From Chara braunii (Eukaryota > Plantae > Charophyceae): a stretch of 64,000 bases of DNA. A program made the translations under genes and the position numbers. The stretch covers positions 3,850,577 to 3,914,576 of the forward strand of contig BFEA01000007.1 in the NCBI GenBank assembly GCA_003427395.1, written 5' to 3'. Position 1 is the first letter of the stretch. Every line of letters begins with the position of its first letter. This document shows, one piece after another, positions 61,923 to 64,000 of this stretch. The notes under the pieces were generated by a model. It worked only from the letters and a program-made list of their open reading frames with translations. It was not told the origin of the DNA and did no database searches.

Positions 61923-62553
61923 TATTAGTTAATCAAGTAGGGCTTCGTCAAATCTCTGCAAAAAAAAAAATTCTCTTTTTCGCAACTTTGGAGATTAGCA
62001 TTTCGTTTTTTTGTTTCACTCTGGGCATTAGGTGAACTAGGGAGGTTGTCATATTCTCGGACTCGATCTATTCTTCTCTGAAACTGGAACCTCCATTCTA
62101 TTTCATGCAAAAAAAAAAAATTCAAGATCGCATTTTTTTTTGAAAGCCGAAACTTTGCGAAACCTTGCCTAGATCTCGTTCATAGCACTCCTCCGTAATA
62201 CCTCACTGACAGCAGATCGACAGGTGTACAAAAAAAAAAAAAAAAAGGGGGGGTGATCCTCTTCTTTTACTTTTTATTTATTTTATTCTGTTGATTAGGA
62301 CCGGAACGGAAAGTGTAGTTTTGTTACCTTCCTGCGTTTCCCTCCCACCCACCCCTTTGTCTACATTCCAATTGGGAAGTGCCACGTCAGCAGTGCCACG
62401 ACAGCAGCAGTGCCACGACAGCAGCAGTGCCACGTCAGTTGCAGTGCCACATCAGCAACAGTGCAATGTCAGCAGTGCCACGTCAGTAGCAGTGCCACAT
62501 CAGCAACAGTGCCACGACAGCAGCAGTACCAACGTCAGCAGTGCCCCGCCACA

Positions 62554-62870
62554 ATGATGGTTTCATCTTTGGGCATGCCAGGCCAACTGGCCAATGAGTC
62601 AATTGCCGTGTACCGGCAGTGGTTCCAAGCTCAGCTCGCACTGATCGAGGCTGAGAAACAGCGCCAGGCGGCAGCCAAGGCTGCCCGCCTACAGGCTGAA
62701 GCAGAAGCAGCAGCTGAAAAGCAGCGGCTTCAGGCCGAAGCTGACGCAGATGCCCAGGCCTGCCGCAAGGAGGCCTAGGATCTGCTGCAGTGGCACGAAA
62801 CCGCCAGTGTCGACAAGCTCAAGTTCTGGCATTTTGAACCATCCGAGAGCCACGAAGATGCGACACCGGA
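62554..62870 (+). pseudogene. Gypsy gag N-terminus, with a stop and interrupted by a nested LTR
   Basis: MPGQLANESIAVYRQWFQAQLALIEAEKQRQAAA.. lies downstream of the LTR/PBS; cut at 62871 by TGTGGCATACTG. Confidence 0.6.
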
Positions 62871-63266
62871 TGTGGCATACTGTGCCACACGGGGCCCAGT
62901 TACGGGCCGTTTCCCAGTAGGCAGGGTAGGCCTAGGGGGACGACGGTTCAGACCAGGCCCAGATAGGCCAGAGACAGGGCACGTTTAGGCCCAAACGGCC
63001 AGAGGCCGGTACCGGTTCAGATTAGAACCTACCGGTGGCGTTTCAGAGGCTGCCCAGAGTTTAGGCGCCAAGACCAGTTTGAATCTGGACCGTTGATCCG
63101 ATCAACGGTCCAGGCCAGTAGGTACCAGTAGGCAAGAGGCCGGCCCAGCACTACAAAGGCTGGGTACCAGCATCAGTCAGTAGAGTTAGTATGGACGGGG
63201 TTCGTCTTCAGGATTAGCGCAGCAGCCAGCGTTAGCTCGGTTAGCGCAGCGCTGCAGCAGCGAGGA
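62871..63266 (+). mobile_element. Nested LTR 5' part of a related family
   Basis: Starts with TGTGGCATACTG like 60592. Confidence 0.6.
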
Positions 63267-64000
63267 TGTTGCATACTGTAATTGTGCAGACCAGACCAAG
63301 AACCCACCTCTCAATACAAAGTATAAGATAGCACAGCGGAAGACTTAGATACCAATGATCCAAACAATCAATATTGCAATGCAGCCCCAAACATACATCA
63401 TCATCATCATCATTCCATGGTGTGAAGGGGTCTGGCGCTTCACACAGGAAGACTGCGCCAGCCCCAACCATACACAGACGAAGGAGATGGGGGTTAGACG
63501 AAGAAGAGGGGACGAGGGGAATGTCGTCAACACNAAGTGTTCAGCACAGGCCCAAATAGTCCCTCGTCGAAATGTCTGANTNCCAAAGGTCGAGTCTGGA
63601 TCCAATGTCGTCAAGTCTCCAGTCACAACTCTCTCTCTCTCTGTAGTAGTCCGCTGATACTGAGAAGTCAGGTGGTGAGAGTGGAAGAAGAGATGGTGGA
63701 CATAGAGGAGGAAGAAGAAGAACTCTCTCTCTCTCTCTCTCTGCGTCCAGTACTAACCTGTGAAGTTGGCGCCTTGATGCAGGTACCTCGAAGATGGAGC
63801 TGGAGCTATGGCGCCACAGGTAAGTACCGCTGGCCTCCGCCAGCCATCTCCCTCCACTGCAACTACTACCACCTACTAGCGCCCAGCGCTGAAGACTACA
63901 GCTATGGCTATGGGCGCCCAGCGCCGAAGACTACTACTACCGCTACTACTACTGCCTAGCGCTGAAGACTACTGCAGCGCTCCTCCTGAGTGCTGCGGAC
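63267..64000 (-). mobile_element. Inverted LTR copy (3' part), running off the window
   Basis: Approximate reverse complement of about 60950-61822; begins tgttgcatactg at 63267. Confidence 0.8.

Overview
Eukaryotic, repeat-dominated draft-assembly window with N-gaps and a leftover Nextera mate-pair adapter at 61420-61457. It is most likely from a charophyte alga such as Chara; this is an inference from the plant-type genes and Chara-like Ty3/gypsy gag. Only two host genes are evident, both on the minus strand with intronless coding regions: Beclin-1/ATG6 (50342-52279) and a plastid-type DUF1995 protein (56404-58014). The rest is nested mobile DNA: a near-full-length L1/Tx1-type LINE (18961-27802) with two more diverged relatives and a scrambled fold-back derivative, chromovirus (Ty3/gypsy) remnants and LTRs, TA- and TTAA-flanked MITEs, tRNA-derived SINE-like heads (one tandemly amplified), and palindromic or minisatellite arrays. 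The strongest novelty candidates are (1) a modular, multi-copy set of structured RNA motifs in the LINE 3' UTR, conserved between diverged LINE copies and also carried by short tailed elements, and (2) a possible catalytically dead NUDIX-fold domain at the C-terminus of LINE ORF1p.
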